NCBI GenBank assembly: GCA_050575255.1
Contig: JBNZDD010013718.1
Location: forward strand, 5,203,718 to 5,267,717
Direction: 5' to 3'
DNA length: 64,000 nucleotides
From: Harriotta raleighana
Taxonomy: Eukaryota
The notes beneath the pieces were generated by a model that saw only the letters and a list, made by a program, of their open reading frames with translations, had not been told where the DNA came from and searched no databases. Both the position numbers and the translations under genes were made by a program. Positions 26,189-41,100 of the stretch are shown one piece after another (positions within the stretch are counted from its first letter, which is position 1; the number at the start of each line of letters is the position of its first letter).

Positions 26189-29100
26189 CTGAAATAAAAA
26201 ACAGAAGAAAAATGTAACAATTGCAAATACAGAGAATGATAATGAATAACAGTGAAACTAATAATGTAAGCAAAGGTTCAAAACACTAAAAAAAAAGTAT
26301 GCAGCTGTCGCCAGCAATTTAAGAAAACTCAACAGTCATTTTGTAATAATTTTTCTCCTTCTCTTTCCACCTGGTTACCCTGTGCTACACTTACGCAAGA
26401 AGGTTTCCTCCATCCTAGAAGAAAAACACCATTCATCACCTCCCTACAGTGGCACAATTGTTGTGGGCAAGAACCCACAGCTTACCGTTCTGTGCTCATT
26501 TTAGATCTACTCCTCTTTGCCATCGTGTCTTGCTATTGTATAGCCGGAGCCAATTTAATTTGAAAAACACTATAACTCCCAGAGTTACTGAACTTCGGAC
26601 GTTCACTTGTGCTTTTAACTAGCGCAGGCATACATTCAACTCAAATCTCTGGAGATCATCGGTGGTAAATACATGAACCAGGAACTTCCCACTGTTTGGA
26701 CTTTATTTATGTTGGAAAATTAAAAAAAACATCAGCAGATATCAGATGAGAGCCAAGGAAATGATCAGCACAAGGCTTCTCCTATTGCACCAGCCAGGAA
26801 AATGTTGAATAGATATTAAATGCCAAACAAGAGCTAAGGTTCTAGAAATTGTGAGGATCAAATCGAAATGGCATTATCACCACTTGTCTGTAATACACTG
26901 TTCAAAGCTAAGGATTACCAAATACACTGTATAAAGATGTTTATTCAGAAGCATGTCTTTCACATCTTCCCATTGGCCCCCTCACTTCCACGACTGTTTG
27001 TGGGACACTGCTGTGCACAATTTGGCTGCCGCGTTTCGCCCACAAATATACAGTCAATTTTTTCCTACTTTTCTTCCCCCGATCCCTCCCCCCACTTTAC
27101 TGTACAGCGCCTTGGGACGTCTTCCCGACGTGAAAGGCGCTATATAAATAAAATTTTGATTGATTGATATACGTATCTTTACTCGAAAATGACAACACTA
27201 ACCAGGTCACTTGTTGTAATTTAATTCAAATACTTTTCCTGCAATAGTATCGATGTGTTTAACTGTAATGTGCACTGTGGTTCTCTCAAATCAACTCTCA
27301 ATAACTAAATGGAATAAGAAGTAAACAACTTTCGGGTCATTTAAGGACATTTGATAAATCAAAGAACTGAGAAAAAAAAATGTTGGAATAAGAATTGGGA
27401 TGAAAACACGTACCACATTTTGTTATGGATGAGAAATGGTGGAAAAACAGTATCTATGCTCTGCCACTAGAGGTCAGTCATGAAAAGTTAGAATGACTAA
27501 CATTTCAGAATTGACCAATACACATTCCATAAAGAACAGTATAGCACAAGGATCAGTAAAACAATTGAGACATTAAAATCCCCCCCAAAGAATCACCTTT
27601 TAGTTTAGTGCCGCTGGGAATTCCGAGTTGTGTTAGAACATTGTTCCAAGGTCTTTCTGAAATCAGTCTTCCTTTCGATGTCACCAGAACTATGGAACTA
27701 GAATCGGAATAGTCTATTAATCCTAATTTTCATTACAATTTAAAAACATACCGATATATATATACCCCGTGTATATATATTCTGCCTTCATTCAAATTAC
27801 AGAACATTTCCAAATGCACCCAAAATAACACAGTAAACTCTGGATAACTTGACCTCAGCTGAAAGTGTCACCACAATCATGCTGTCAATATATTTATTTA
27901 TGTATCTTCATATCTAACTTACCACTCCAGATAACTCATCAATGAGCCCATTTCTCTTAGAGCGACGCATTATCAGGAGTTTATTGTACATTAATCGCAG
28001 TCCCAGATTAGTTAGGAGGAAAACTTCAATGAAAGATGAATGGTCCCACAGATTTCAAACATGTACAAAACATTCCAGATAAATTAAATTAGTGGTTATG
28101 TGCTGTAATGCGATCAGTTTTGCGTTTGTCTGGTTTTCCTGTTGTTGTTATACGAGTGCAAGGATGTGCTTTGTTGCTTCCACAATGATATCACGCAGTC
28201 TGCCATTGATGACACTCAAATGTGAATGACTGAATGACCCATACCTTTAACTCGGCATGGCATTTTTGAAGTTGAGGCATAGATGTGTTAAATTAAAGGA
28301 AAAAATGAAGCAGCTGGCCAATGTTTTTCTACTCCGCCACGTGATTCTGGCAAAACTACATTTAGGACTCAGTTCAACTATTTGAATGACTTACTTGTCT
28401 TTTATGTTTGCTACATAATTCTCCACGTGGACCGGGATACCTCGTAAGATTGTATTTTTAAAACTTTTATTGTCGACCACGTTTCCTGTCTTTCCATCCA
28501 ATACAATGATTTGCATCCCGTCCTCTGAGTGATAATACTTCTTTCCATTAACCTGCAGAGTAAAGGTTGAAAGAAAATCAGCTGTAGCTATTAGTGGAAA
28601 CTCAGACAGGTAATAAAAAGTGCACACCAGAAATAGAGGGAAAACCCACATAAATGAACAAATAAATTATCAGAAACACACTATTTCATATGATCCTTTT
28701 TTCTACGCAGTTTTAGAAATCATTTAATGCTGATGCTTTCAGATGCATGTTCTAAACTACATGGTATAGATTTAAATTGCTCTGGTATATAATGTAAATC
28801 AGATGCTATTTCCCCTCTCCATTCCAAGATGTTTCGCCCACATAATACCGTCAATTTGCTTCACAGTACAATACATTCTGTGAAGCACTTTGATAAGTCT
28901 GAACAATGGGGTAAGGCATTTTATCAAAGGCAAGGATTATTATTAAAAAGATAAGAAATTGTTAACATTTTGGGTCAAATTGATGTTCGGAATTCACTTA
29001 TAGAAAATGTAGTCAAAAAATGAAAAGAACAATTGGTGGTTGTTTATTGACAATGAAACTAAACTTTCACCCACAAATTTACAGTCAATTTTCCTACTCT

Positions 29101-32100
29101 CCTTCCCACTACCATGACCCCTCCCCACCCTGCTCTGGCCTCTACCCTTTTCCCCCCTTTCTTCCCTCTCTTTTTTCTCTCTACCCTGACCCCTCCCCAC
29201 CCCTGCTCTGGTCCCTACTTTGGGATGTTGTCGTATTCTGTAAAGCACTTTGCGACATTGATAAGATGTGGAAACTGCTATATAACTGTAAGGATTATTC
29301 TTATTATTATTATAGATATTACTTAAAACAAAGCTAAGTTATTCAATTATACATTTGTCACTGCTCCTCGGTCCATTTGATTACTTTAAAAATAATGTAT
29401 TTTATCAATCTACAAAATGAAATTAAATCTGCTCCTGGAGCTAGAGTTAAGTATTTTTGACATTCTTTCAATTTCAAAACGTTTGCAACAGATGATAAAA
29501 GCTTTCTGTTTGTTGACAGATTCTTTGGGTCTTAAGATGAAATTTTTTGGGTGGTATTATCAACCTGAACTCTAATGGGAGTGAGCAGAAAATTACTCTT
29601 AATTTTGCACAAAACTTTTCAATCTCTTTCTAATCATTATATTTAAAAAATATTTATACAAAAAACAGCAAAAACTGTACTTACCACTGAATAAGCCAAG
29701 TTATCTGTTATATGGAAGAATCTGGTTTTATAGGACTCGAGCTTTACCTCTAAGAATCGATCTTTGGTATGCTGTAACAATACAGAGAACAACAATGTCA
29801 AGGAACAAATCAAATGCTGTCAGATAGACATGCTGTTTCACACAATAGTCAATGGGTTGTTAGGTGGTAACAATAATAATGATAATAAATAATAAATATT
29901 TGGTACAGCGTCTTTCGCCTCGGGAGGACGCCCCATAGCGCTTCATAGGATAATAATAAAAAATACTAATCCTTGCATTTGATATAGCTTCTTATCATGT
30001 CACCGAGACATCTCAAAGAGTTTCACAGGATTTACTGTAAAGTGCAGTGGCTGTTTTGTGGGCGACAGTCAATTTGTGCATAGTGGTGTCCCATAAACTG
30101 CCATAAAGTGAGTGAACAATTTGGGGGATTGTTTGAATCGTGCCATGGGTTCTTTAGAATGTACATCTAAATGGGTAAACTGGGCCTCGGATTATCGCTT
30201 CATCCAAAAAAAACAGCTCACAGCTCACAATGGATGAAATGAGTTGAGTCTTGTAAAGCCATTCAAATTGCACTTTCAATTAAGTAGATAGAAATGAAAT
30301 GGAAGAACACGATAAGACTATGGGTCTGCCAAGGCAATTCCTTTATGGGTCATGTACCCTTGCATTGTCGCAGAACTTAATCTCCCAAAGGAAATGGGGT
30401 TGACCACAAGTAATAACTAAAAGATTAAGAGTGTGCATTTTTTTTCCATTGAGGAAAGAAAAACAATTTACCAGCTGGGCTGCGGGTAGCTTCTCTGGCA
30501 TTGGCACATCTACAGTAGGCATTTCTTCGTATTTAGGATATACCCTCATAACACAGTCACTAATCTTGCTATTCTTTGGAATGCTGGCTTTGATCTTTAT
30601 CCTCTCACAGCCTCTCATAGAGCAGAAAGCAAAAGTCTGGCGGTCATGGTGAGCTTTCACTTTCAAGAACAGAATCCTTTGATTGGGAAAAATAAAACAA
30701 AAAATCAGCATGTGAATGAGGTGAAACTTAACCAAATTTGCTATTATTAAAATCAAAGCGCACTTCAAAAGCTTATTTTACAGACATTTTATTTGTGCCA
30801 AATAATTCACAGGAAAATAAGTGTGTAAGTTCTCTACTGCATCTGACTTCAAAAGCTTATACGGATAGAACTACAGAAATTTTTTGAAACTTGGTTTAAT
30901 ATCAAATCTTAGCAAAAGATGAATGCAGCAACATCCATTTTAAGAGATTTAAAATGGCAATATTATATTTTCCGACTTCTATTCCTGCCACACACCACTA
31001 TATTGTGGCGAATTTTTGTGAGGATATTTCTACCCAGCAATAATGTAATGTTAAGAGTCAACAGGTGATGTACGCTATATATTACTATCGTAATGTTGAC
31101 TGACATACCCAGCGCCCTCATCAAAGAAGTAGAAGCCTCTGCCAGAGTCGGTACGGTCCAGTTTCTCCATCTGGTGGGATCGCAGGAAAGTTCCCGTCTT
31201 GACTGTTTTTTTTGTTAACTGATTATGAATGTCTGAGAGAATACTAAATGTAGTTCCTTTAGGATAACAGATTCCTACTCGGATCCAGTCGTTCCTGTAA
31301 AGTACAAATACTGATTGTAACAAGCAATAATTAGGACAACATGAAAGCAAGTCATTTTGCAGTTACTGCACTGATAACAGCTGACAATAAATTATCACTG
31401 AGATAGTGCCTCAATAATTCAGTTGTTTAATAGTCACCCTCTCCTTTGCCTCCCTCAATCTCAAGACTTTCTTCTTTGACCACGCCTTCAGCCAGCTTCC
31501 CATAACCACATCCATACCCTCCACCACTATCGACACTAAGCATGGATGCCCAGCCTTGACTGTCCACTGTCTTGGGCTAAATAAAAGCACTATATAAATG
31601 TAATTTGTTGTTGCTATTATTTGCAATGAATTCTTCCTGAGTACCATCTGTGGTCCACATGCAAGATGTGTGATTGGCAAAAGATTCACGTGAGTGACTC
31701 GAAAAGAACTGAACACAAACATTCCTCCTAATCTCTCCGACCACAATAAAAGTAAACCTAAAAATAAACACCAATCTCAACCCCCTTCGACCTTTTCTTT
31801 TCCTTTAGGAACCACAAGATTGCCAAGATCTGTTTAAGCATAAAGCATTTGTCAATTCCATACATCTCCCCTTCATAAGTAGCTTTACCATCTGGAAACA
31901 ATTTACATAACTTTTTGATAAATTGCTTTTAATTTACGAGATCATAAAAATAGCTATGTACATAGAGCATTAGATATTTGTTTATTAGAAGACATTAATC
32001 TTGGACGTTATGTATTTTCTCTTATTTTTGTAGGCGTACTTAGGAGCCATTTTGCGAAGAGCAATGGGTCCATGAGATGAATGACTAATTTTATCTGAAG

Positions 32101-35100
32101 ATTGTTGGCCAGGATTTTGGGAGCGATGGAAACATTATCGTGAAATGTTCTCTCTTCAAACATTATCATGGAATCTTTAACTTTCACAAGAGGATAGGCA
32201 TGCAGAACCTCAACTAAAGTCTCATCTGCAAGACGCCATGACTAACAATGTATTAATCCCTCCCCCAGTATTGAAGTGTCAGCCTAGAAAATGAACTCAA
32301 TTTCTGATATGAGGCTGGGACTCAAAATCTTCTGGTACGGAGGCAGGAGTTCTGTTACCTGAGCCCCCACCAAGTCAGGACAGACACCAGACACCAGGAA
32401 GCTTCTTTACCCAGAGGGTAATTAACTGCTGGTACGCATTTATAAGATGAGTGGTTGAGGTCACGACACTGGAGCTTAATGCTGTAAAAGATGTATGTGT
32501 GTGTTTGTGTGAGGGGCAGTAGGTAATTTTGCTGTTGTGTTGTATTCTTTAAGCATGAGATTAAAACGCTTTATGTACGTGTCGAATATCCTGACCTCAA
32601 CCACCCTATTCCAGTCGTTAATTAGCCTCCGGATAAAGAAAATACTTTCCGGTGTTTGTACTGAAATTGTCTTTGCAAAACTAAGCCTATTTCTTCTCAA
32701 TCTACTGTCTTGGCACATCCTAAATTCATGTGCTTGCACATAGGTGGTGAAATTTGAAGGAAACAGGAATGCCACTTAGTTGCAGGCAGAATAACATATC
32801 CCCTTTGTGTGAGGCAGGATCGGTAATGTGCCTAACTGACACTGATCTCCAGTATAACTTGGGAAACAACAACACTACGGGCACAGCCAGTAACTCAGGG
32901 CGCTTCAGCAACTTGTTGTTTTGAACTGTAGTCAACAGCTCCTGCACACAATCCAACTCAGTAACTCTTCCTGACAAGTTTCTCTTAACAATGTCATCAG
33001 TGCCACTGTTAATCAGTCAAATAAAATAAATAAAACATGATCGTAATTCTTTCTATTGCTTTTTTTTTCTTTAGAGAAATTATGGAGTTGAACATTCAGT
33101 ACACATTTGAATTTCTTTCAAAATATTCAGCACATATCTCCATTTCAGGTCCCTATTTGCAGGGCTGTTTTCATTGTGTAGGTCATTATCTACTCTACAA
33201 GTACCCTGGAGAGATTCCTTAGACAGAAATCAATGCTTCACTCTGTAGCCGAATCCCAGGGAGGGCCAACTGGGAACTGTTCCTCCCAGCTAGGTGGTAT
33301 AATGAGTTCATTATGTTTTTGCAGCCAATTTTAATGAGTAACTTTTTGTATAAATAACAAGTGTGGAGTTTGTATGTTTGGTTTTATGTGCAGCTACGGA
33401 ACTGCTGAGGGAATGGAATAGCTCCGTTTGTACTGCAAATTTGGCACAAATTCACAGAAAAAGGTGCAGGATAAGTAGGGGTTGGTCAGGATGAATCATG
33501 CGACAAATTCACTCCTGACTCTGTGCACTTTGACTTCCTCCAGTATTAATTGTATGAAAGTTGCACAACTTGTCCTTGCATTCGTTAAGGTCCCAACAGT
33601 GACAGTCATAGAAGATGAGCTCAAGATGAGGTAAAGCCCCTCTCTGGAGGGAAAGGAATGGAACAAGTCATTGAAAGCTGTTTAGTGCCTTAGAATTACA
33701 AACCAGCGCTGGTATCCATCTTGGATCAGACCACTTGCACCTAGAGAGACTGAGGAGTGTGTCTGTGTGTGTGGAGGTGTTTAATGGTGGCTTGTTGCTT
33801 TCAATGTAATCACTTAACACATCCTGGCCAATATCAATATGGCATGTTCATTAATACTGTATGCACAAAGCACACTGACTGCAATGGGGACCTGTGAGAA
33901 GACAGGATTTTTCTGAAATGGACATCGAATCGCTCTTCAATAAGTTTGAGGAGTTTAACTTGGGACTAAAAGTTTTCTACTCACCGGTTAAAGTTGATGA
34001 GCCATACTATTAGCTCCTTAGGGGCTACGCCATTCCAGTGGATAGTGTATCCTTTCTGTAGCATAACCACAGGCTGGTATTGCTGGTAATGACTGTGTCT
34101 GCCCAGGGCACCCTTCAAGTGCAGAGGATTTTCAGGGTACTCATCTTTAATTATCTTCATCTTCAGGTTTGCTGGGTTTCTAGTCTGAATATACACCTTG
34201 AAGCAAAAATTGAAACAAAAAATGATGATAGGAAACCGATCCAAGTTTGATTCTTGCATTAGCATAAACAAAGTAGGTGAGGGAGGAAAGCACACTGACT
34301 GCGATGGGGACCTGTGAGAACCAAACACGCAACAAACTATTCCTCATAAATCTATATAAGCTGTAGTATGAAGCTACATTCAATAATATGAAATCTGCTT
34401 TGCTGAATGACAATTTTTTATGAAGTAACATTAAGTGTTGTTCTGAGTGTTAAGCAAATACAGTAAAACTGGATTACGAAACGGATCATAGGTTAAAATA
34501 TACTGAAAGGCCTAATAATCTCAAAGTTTTGTAAATTAAGGTGCTTTTAAAATAATATTTTTCATGGAAACAATATTTGGTATGAAAAAAAAATATTTTT
34601 CATGGAAACAATATTTGATATAAACCTCCCAACTTACTTGTGCATAGTGACCGCTACAAATAGCCGATCTCCAGTCTGGTACGTCAATACATTCAGGATG
34701 TCTCAGCAGCCAGTTATCATGCTTTACAATATAAGATCCAGGATACTCAGAGACTGAGCCATCCGTGTCGTGGAAGATGGTTGTTTTATCCCCATCCATT
34801 TCCATTTGGTGGAACCACGGACCTGGCTCTCCAAAGAAGACGCGAGATGTGATCTGAATGGACGAGATATCACAATTTGCTCATCAACAAAGATATAAGA
34901 AACACTATGAAATGTGTTCAGTCGTGAGGACGTCACTTAAGATCTCAAAAGTCCTAGGATTCCTATATATTACATCAACATCAGGGTTTGCTAGGGATTT
35001 TAAAATCGAAATAAAGAGAATAGGAAATGTGCACCCCTTGTGGGTTTGTATCTCAATGTAACTGATTACATTAGTGTGTCAGCCTGGTACTCGCTCGGCT

Positions 35101-38100
35101 CTGAGTCAGAGGGTTGTGGGTTCAAGCCCCGAAACGGTTTGATTTTGGCATTGACGGTATTATTATACAAGAATTATTATTAGTAGCATTATTATAATAA
35201 AGTGCTCAAATCGAAAGACGTACTGGGACATCCTCAAATGTGATGTTTGTCACATTGTTCTGCGGGCAGCTCTGCCAGGCGTTGTTGAGTCGGAAACCAA
35301 TAGCACTGGTGTGACGTCCATCCAGTGCCACAAATTTACGGAAAGTGCAATTCTGCATGTTGATCGGGCCATCATAGATCTGCATTCCTCGAATGGGAAA
35401 TTTCCTGGAAAACACAACGCATTCAGTTTCAGAGTTGCAAAATTAGCCAGGGCAATTTTTTTCACCCAAATAATCCAAACCGTTCAAAGCGCGGAGGTTC
35501 AAAACAGCTTTTGTTTATGAAGATGGAAACTTGCAATGGCCTGGGACGCACATTTACCCCTGACTGATTTACAAGGTGCTATTTTCTCTGTTGGCTTTGA
35601 GAAGGGACCTGCTCCTTTGCTCGTAGATGCACGGCATATATTTTGTCACAAATTGATCTTTTTTTTTGGGGGGCGTAGTAATACAACGGAGAAAGATATG
35701 AAGGAGCTGGTGAAGTCCCAATGATGGGAGGGGGAGGGAGCTCTTGCAATTCAGCTTCACCAACTATGTCATATGGCAAAAATGGAAATCTATTCCTTTG
35801 ACCAGAATTAACTGTTCCTTACTTTAACAAGCTCTGGACAAACATACAGAGAAAATATTTAATTTTAGCATATTCCAAATACATGGAAACAACGAGTGAT
35901 GTAATTCTAATGCATGGCCCTTGCCCTCTTCAAGACCCTCCTCATCGAACGTGCCTTCCGTCACCCTCCTATCCCTGCCCTCCCTGCCCTGCTGATACCA
36001 GCTTGGGTGAGATCCCCTGACTGTCCAGTGAATTGGTATGTCCTTCTGATGTGAAAGGCATTATATCACTAATAATAATAATAATCCTTGCATTTGATAT
36101 AGTGCTTTTCACATCTTCTAGAGTCTCAAAGCACTTCACAGAATAGACCATAAAGGACTGTAGATTGTGGACGAAAAACGGCAGTTATTTGCGCTCATCA
36201 GTGTTCCACAAACAGTTGTGGATTGAAATGATCAATTTGCCATTGTTTCATTTTTTGAAGGATTATTAATAAATACAGTAGTTGTGTGGAGTAAGGAAAC
36301 TTGCTCAAGGTTTCACCCTGCCTGGAATCAAACCCAGGTTTCTCGCTTGTAAGGCGAGTGCTCTAACCACTGAGCTACAAGACTTCTCAAAGTGCTTTAC
36401 AGAATATACTTTCAAGTGAACTGACTGTATTTTTGTGGGCGAAACACAGCAGCCAATTGTGCAAAGCAGTGTCCCAACAAACAGTCATGGATTGAAGTGA
36501 CCAATTTATTATTGTTTTATTTGAGGGGTTATTATCAGGCATATGAACTAAGGAAACTTGCCCAAAGTTTCTCCCTGCCGGGAATCGAACCCAGGTCTCT
36601 TGCTTGCAAGGCTACAGCACTCCACAAATGTAATTTGCTGTTGGTAGCAGTGAATTACTTACACTCCTTTGGGAAGAGCTCGTCCACTGTGATCCAAACC
36701 GCCAGGCCCCCAAAAATGATTCCCCGGCATCTCAGTGCCTCGGTTAGCACTCTCCCCGACAAACAAAGAGTTTTTAATCTCCTGTTTGGCCCCATCATCG
36801 TCTGGAAAAGTTCCACCACTAAGAATGTAAAATATTATTTTATTATTATATGATATCAAGGGTCATGAAGTCCGCAATGCTGTTTTATCAACAGTTGAGA
36901 AATTGCCATCTGATTTCAGCCAGGACAACAGTTTGGGTGTAACTGCTCAGCATCTAACCTGGATCTCGGGGAAATCAACTTTGGATTCTCTTCTCAATCA
37001 CTTTTCAGTGATTCCTCCAAGTGTGTTTGTGAACATTAATAATAATAATAATCCTTGCATTTGATATAGGACCATATAAAGTCATTGGGACGTCTTGGGA
37101 CAAGGTATTTTCACTCACTGCCTGGACTCAGGCTTGATGAATGACTAAGTGAATAAGGAAAATGTTGGCACTCTGCATCTTGACAGTTGTACCCCAATAC
37201 GAGACAGCAGTCTCCAGAGAGGAGACAAAGACATCAGAGAGACATAATCATTTAAAAAAAATCAATCAGTGCAAGCACATACCTGGCAAGGGTCAAACCA
37301 ATTCCATTGTCAGCAAACCTAAAGAGAAAGAACAGATATGAATGAATAATTATGTCATGAATCTGAACCAAATTAAAACATTTAAAAAAAATGTTTAACA
37401 TCAGAAAACTTGGATGAGCTATTAGGTTGCTCAGAAATCTCTCAACCAGGTTAATAGTGATCTTACAATGCTCAGGGAAAAGTCTCCTTCTCTCGTTGCA
37501 ACATCTTTGCGATGTCTGAACTAACTAACTTCATTTTCTATCATTCATATTTGCATATTTGACTGTATGCAATACCTTCCTTGTATGCAATACGTTGCTG
37601 CACACAGAAATATTGTGCTATGAAGTAAGGTGGCCTATACACTGTAGGTGGCCTATTTGATACTAATGCAAAAAATATAGTTGGTTTGCTTCCTTGATGC
37701 ACCTTTTCAAATTTAATGCTGTACGATGTTACAACCGATTTCCAAGATTTCCAAGATAGTCATCAATTTGATATAGACCAAATTTTTCTTTTGGCCTGAA
37801 GTACATTTAGCAAATAATCATTGTTGTGTTCAAAATGTTTACACTTTGAAAGGGTGTATTTGTTGCAAACTTATTCTGTGATTCTTACACTTTTCAAGAG
37901 GTTTTATTTATTCATAGTTTACAATTATCTATTAGTATTTTACAGAATATATACACTGTGCTAGGACGTTTCAAAGGTAAATCTATACACATGCTCCATT
38001 GCAAATATTATGTGACACATCAGTGCAGACATACTACACAAGTAAAAACAAATGGAATGAATTCTTGTATATTTGATTACCACTGTATAGAAAAATAATG

Positions 38101-41100
38101 ATCAGGACGGGAGCTGTGGAGAATGATGATGCAATGCATTTTTATTTAAAGTACCCAGCCAATCTTGTTTTTTTTAACAAAAAAGTGATTAAATCCATAA
38201 ATTGTATTTCAAAGAGTAAAAGTATGACTTACTGGCAGTTATCCAACCACACATCGCCACCACGAAGCCAAGCCCCATGGTCCTGATTTTTGTAAGCAAT
38301 ATAATGGTTGATTAAAGCTGGCTCCCTGGATTTGTAAGGATCAGCTTCTTTATGGGGGCTGTACCTAAAACCAGAAGAAATCAGACAACCGTTTCTAATC
38401 CTTGCCAAAACAAAATTAAGATTTTATTCAGAATGCTGCGTTTTACAAAGAGGAAAACTTCTTGAATTGAATTCTCCCCAGTTGCACTGTTTTATGTCAT
38501 TGGCAGACAATCTCTTCAGATTCTGCCGAAGAACACCCACGGAATTCATACTGGGTTGTTTCTCTTCTTTATTTAGATCACATTTATTTTCCCCTTCCAC
38601 TATCCCTGCTTCTTTAATGTATATTGATCAACATATTGCATAAATCAATTAAAGTTCCCATGAATGAATCAGCTTATGTGTTTTCCCACAACGCCTTGAA
38701 TATAAAATGTAGTGAATATGCACCGTCGTTTCATTTCAAAATAAAATTTAAATTCAAATTTATTTAAAATAAATTCACAAAATATCCACCCAGCTGCAGG
38801 TCTGATACAAAAGGATTCCCTGAGGACATGCAGAACAATATAAAACGCAACCATATTTATGCACAAGGAAGAAACATCTTGCTCGTATATCTTGGTGCAC
38901 AAATTAACCACAAATTACCAATCAATTACCAGCCAAATAATTTAGGGAAAAATGCTAATTTCATGACTGAAATAAAATAGAAAAACTCATCGCCATTTAT
39001 CCCCAGTTACAAAAGCACTGATACATTTTTAAACAAACTACACATTTGATTTTGTTTAGGGCTTCTGAAATAAATACTACAGTATTATCACCAATTTCAC
39101 AGTCTTTTAAAAAAAACATGATATATATATTTTAATGTTTTAAATTAAAAATGCACATCTTCTCAAAGCAGGTTGTCTCCCCCAGGAGAATGAAGTGTTT
39201 TCTATAACATAACTATTGCAAGATTATTCTGCAATAATAATCCCTCAAAAATAATAACAAAGTGGTAATTTCAATTCACAACTGTTTGTGGGACACTGCT
39301 GTGCACAATTGGCTGCCCCGTTTCACCCACAAATATAATCAAATCACTTTACAGTATCTTCTGTGAAGTGCTTTGAGACGTCTAGAAGATGCGAAAAGCT
39401 CTGTATCAAATGCAAGGGTTATTACTATTATTATTATATTATATTCTACACCATGAACCCACCTTGAACCAACCAGTGAGAGGAAAGGCCTCTTGTCCTT
39501 TGCATTGGCTGGACTGGTTTTAACCCCATGATCAAGCATTAATCCAGCCTGTAGAAGATATTTAGGCACATTAGTACTTCTTCAGATGTTACACCGATGG
39601 CAATCTTTTTAATATAAATATGCTTAGAAGATAGGATCAACAAGTTATGCTACATAATTGTATTTAAGCACTGGATGAATGAATTGTAAACTGCTTGGTT
39701 TAATTTTCCGAGGTTCTCACTGTGAAATACAAAATTTATTGTTGAAACAAGTTAATATACAACGGGGATGTTAATAAGCATGCAATACACAATGGACAGT
39801 AGCTCCTTCATTTCTACCTTGTTTAATATCAAGTAAATAATTGCTGCAGTCGATAGGAATTATGGGCTTCTGCAGATAGATGTATATAGACCACATTTTT
39901 GTGTTTACCATTTGTTTCATTGTCAGGAATATTTGCTAAAGTTTGGATTTTTCATCCAAGTGCCAATCCAAGTCTTAATTCATTATTTGACACATTGGGA
40001 AAAGGTACCTCTTGGAATCCAACACCAAAATCTGAATAATAATTTGCAACCTGCTCATGTTGGATTTTTTGAATATTATTTTTTTAGGGGCTGGTGGGAT
40101 ATTATTGGCTCCAATAGATGTTTAGAAAGCTTTTTCCTCACTTTATAATCAGTTATGATGCGAGTTCTAAATCATAACTATGCCACTGCTATTATAATGT
40201 GGTAAACTTGAAACAAAATTAATCTTGATTCCTTTCCTGCCAAGAAAACACCAGGTTTTAGTTCACTTACAAAATAGAGAATGACTAGTTTAGAATAATT
40301 TCTATTAAGTGATCTGAGACGCGCAAGGTGCTATTTCAAATTCTAGGATTACTAATGTCCTACAATAAAATGTCTAAAAATTCATTCTGAGCTTAATGTG
40401 AGCCCGACAGGAAACTGAACGAGGCAGTAAAACTCCATCTAAAAGACAGCAATTTCAAATGGGGATTCCTTCCATTAACCATTAGAACATCACACAGGCC
40501 AGCGGCACTCCACTCCAACACAATCTCCCAATTTGTCACACAGCTTTAATGGATAACACTCATGGTAAGCAAAAGAGACCTAAAATAGGTATTTTTTCCT
40601 CTGTGAACTCTTAGTACGAATCACAGATGCAAGGAATATGCTTGTAAATACTCAAATGACAGAGGTTTTCTAATAAATACCAGCTGACTCTGACTGTAAA
40701 GCTCAAATCAAAGTTATTTACCCTCCTTCTCCAGTGCCTTTTTTTTTTGAAGTGTAACAGCCATTGCGTGCAAACCTACCCTGAAGTTGGAATGAGCTCT
40801 GTTGTTATAGAACTTTCCCAGTGGCATGTGTTCAGAATAACCAGGGGAATACATTCCTTCTGAGGGCCCAGTAGGCACATGGTGAAAAATGAACCAGAAA
40901 CCGGTTTCCTGCAACATAAAAATTCCTATGACTTCAAAACTTCAAAAGATACTTTTCCTTTAGATTAGATACTCAGATTATAATACTGCCACGTGACTCG
41001 AGCGGAACAATAAATGGTAACATGTGGGATGGAAGATTGTTTTACATACTTCGGAGCCTGAAGCTGCAGAGTTGATGAGGTTGTTGTTTGGGTTAGCTAT

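Noticed and set aside
34554-34620. Short local direct repeat (aatatttttcatggaaacaatatttg x2); similar ones at 53637-53690 and 60311-60368
   Set aside because: Ordinary slippage duplications with no further structure.
36305-36379. tRNA gene candidates (also 22510-22560 and 48705-48779)
   Set aside because: Degenerate stems joined to SINE bodies; these are SINE heads.
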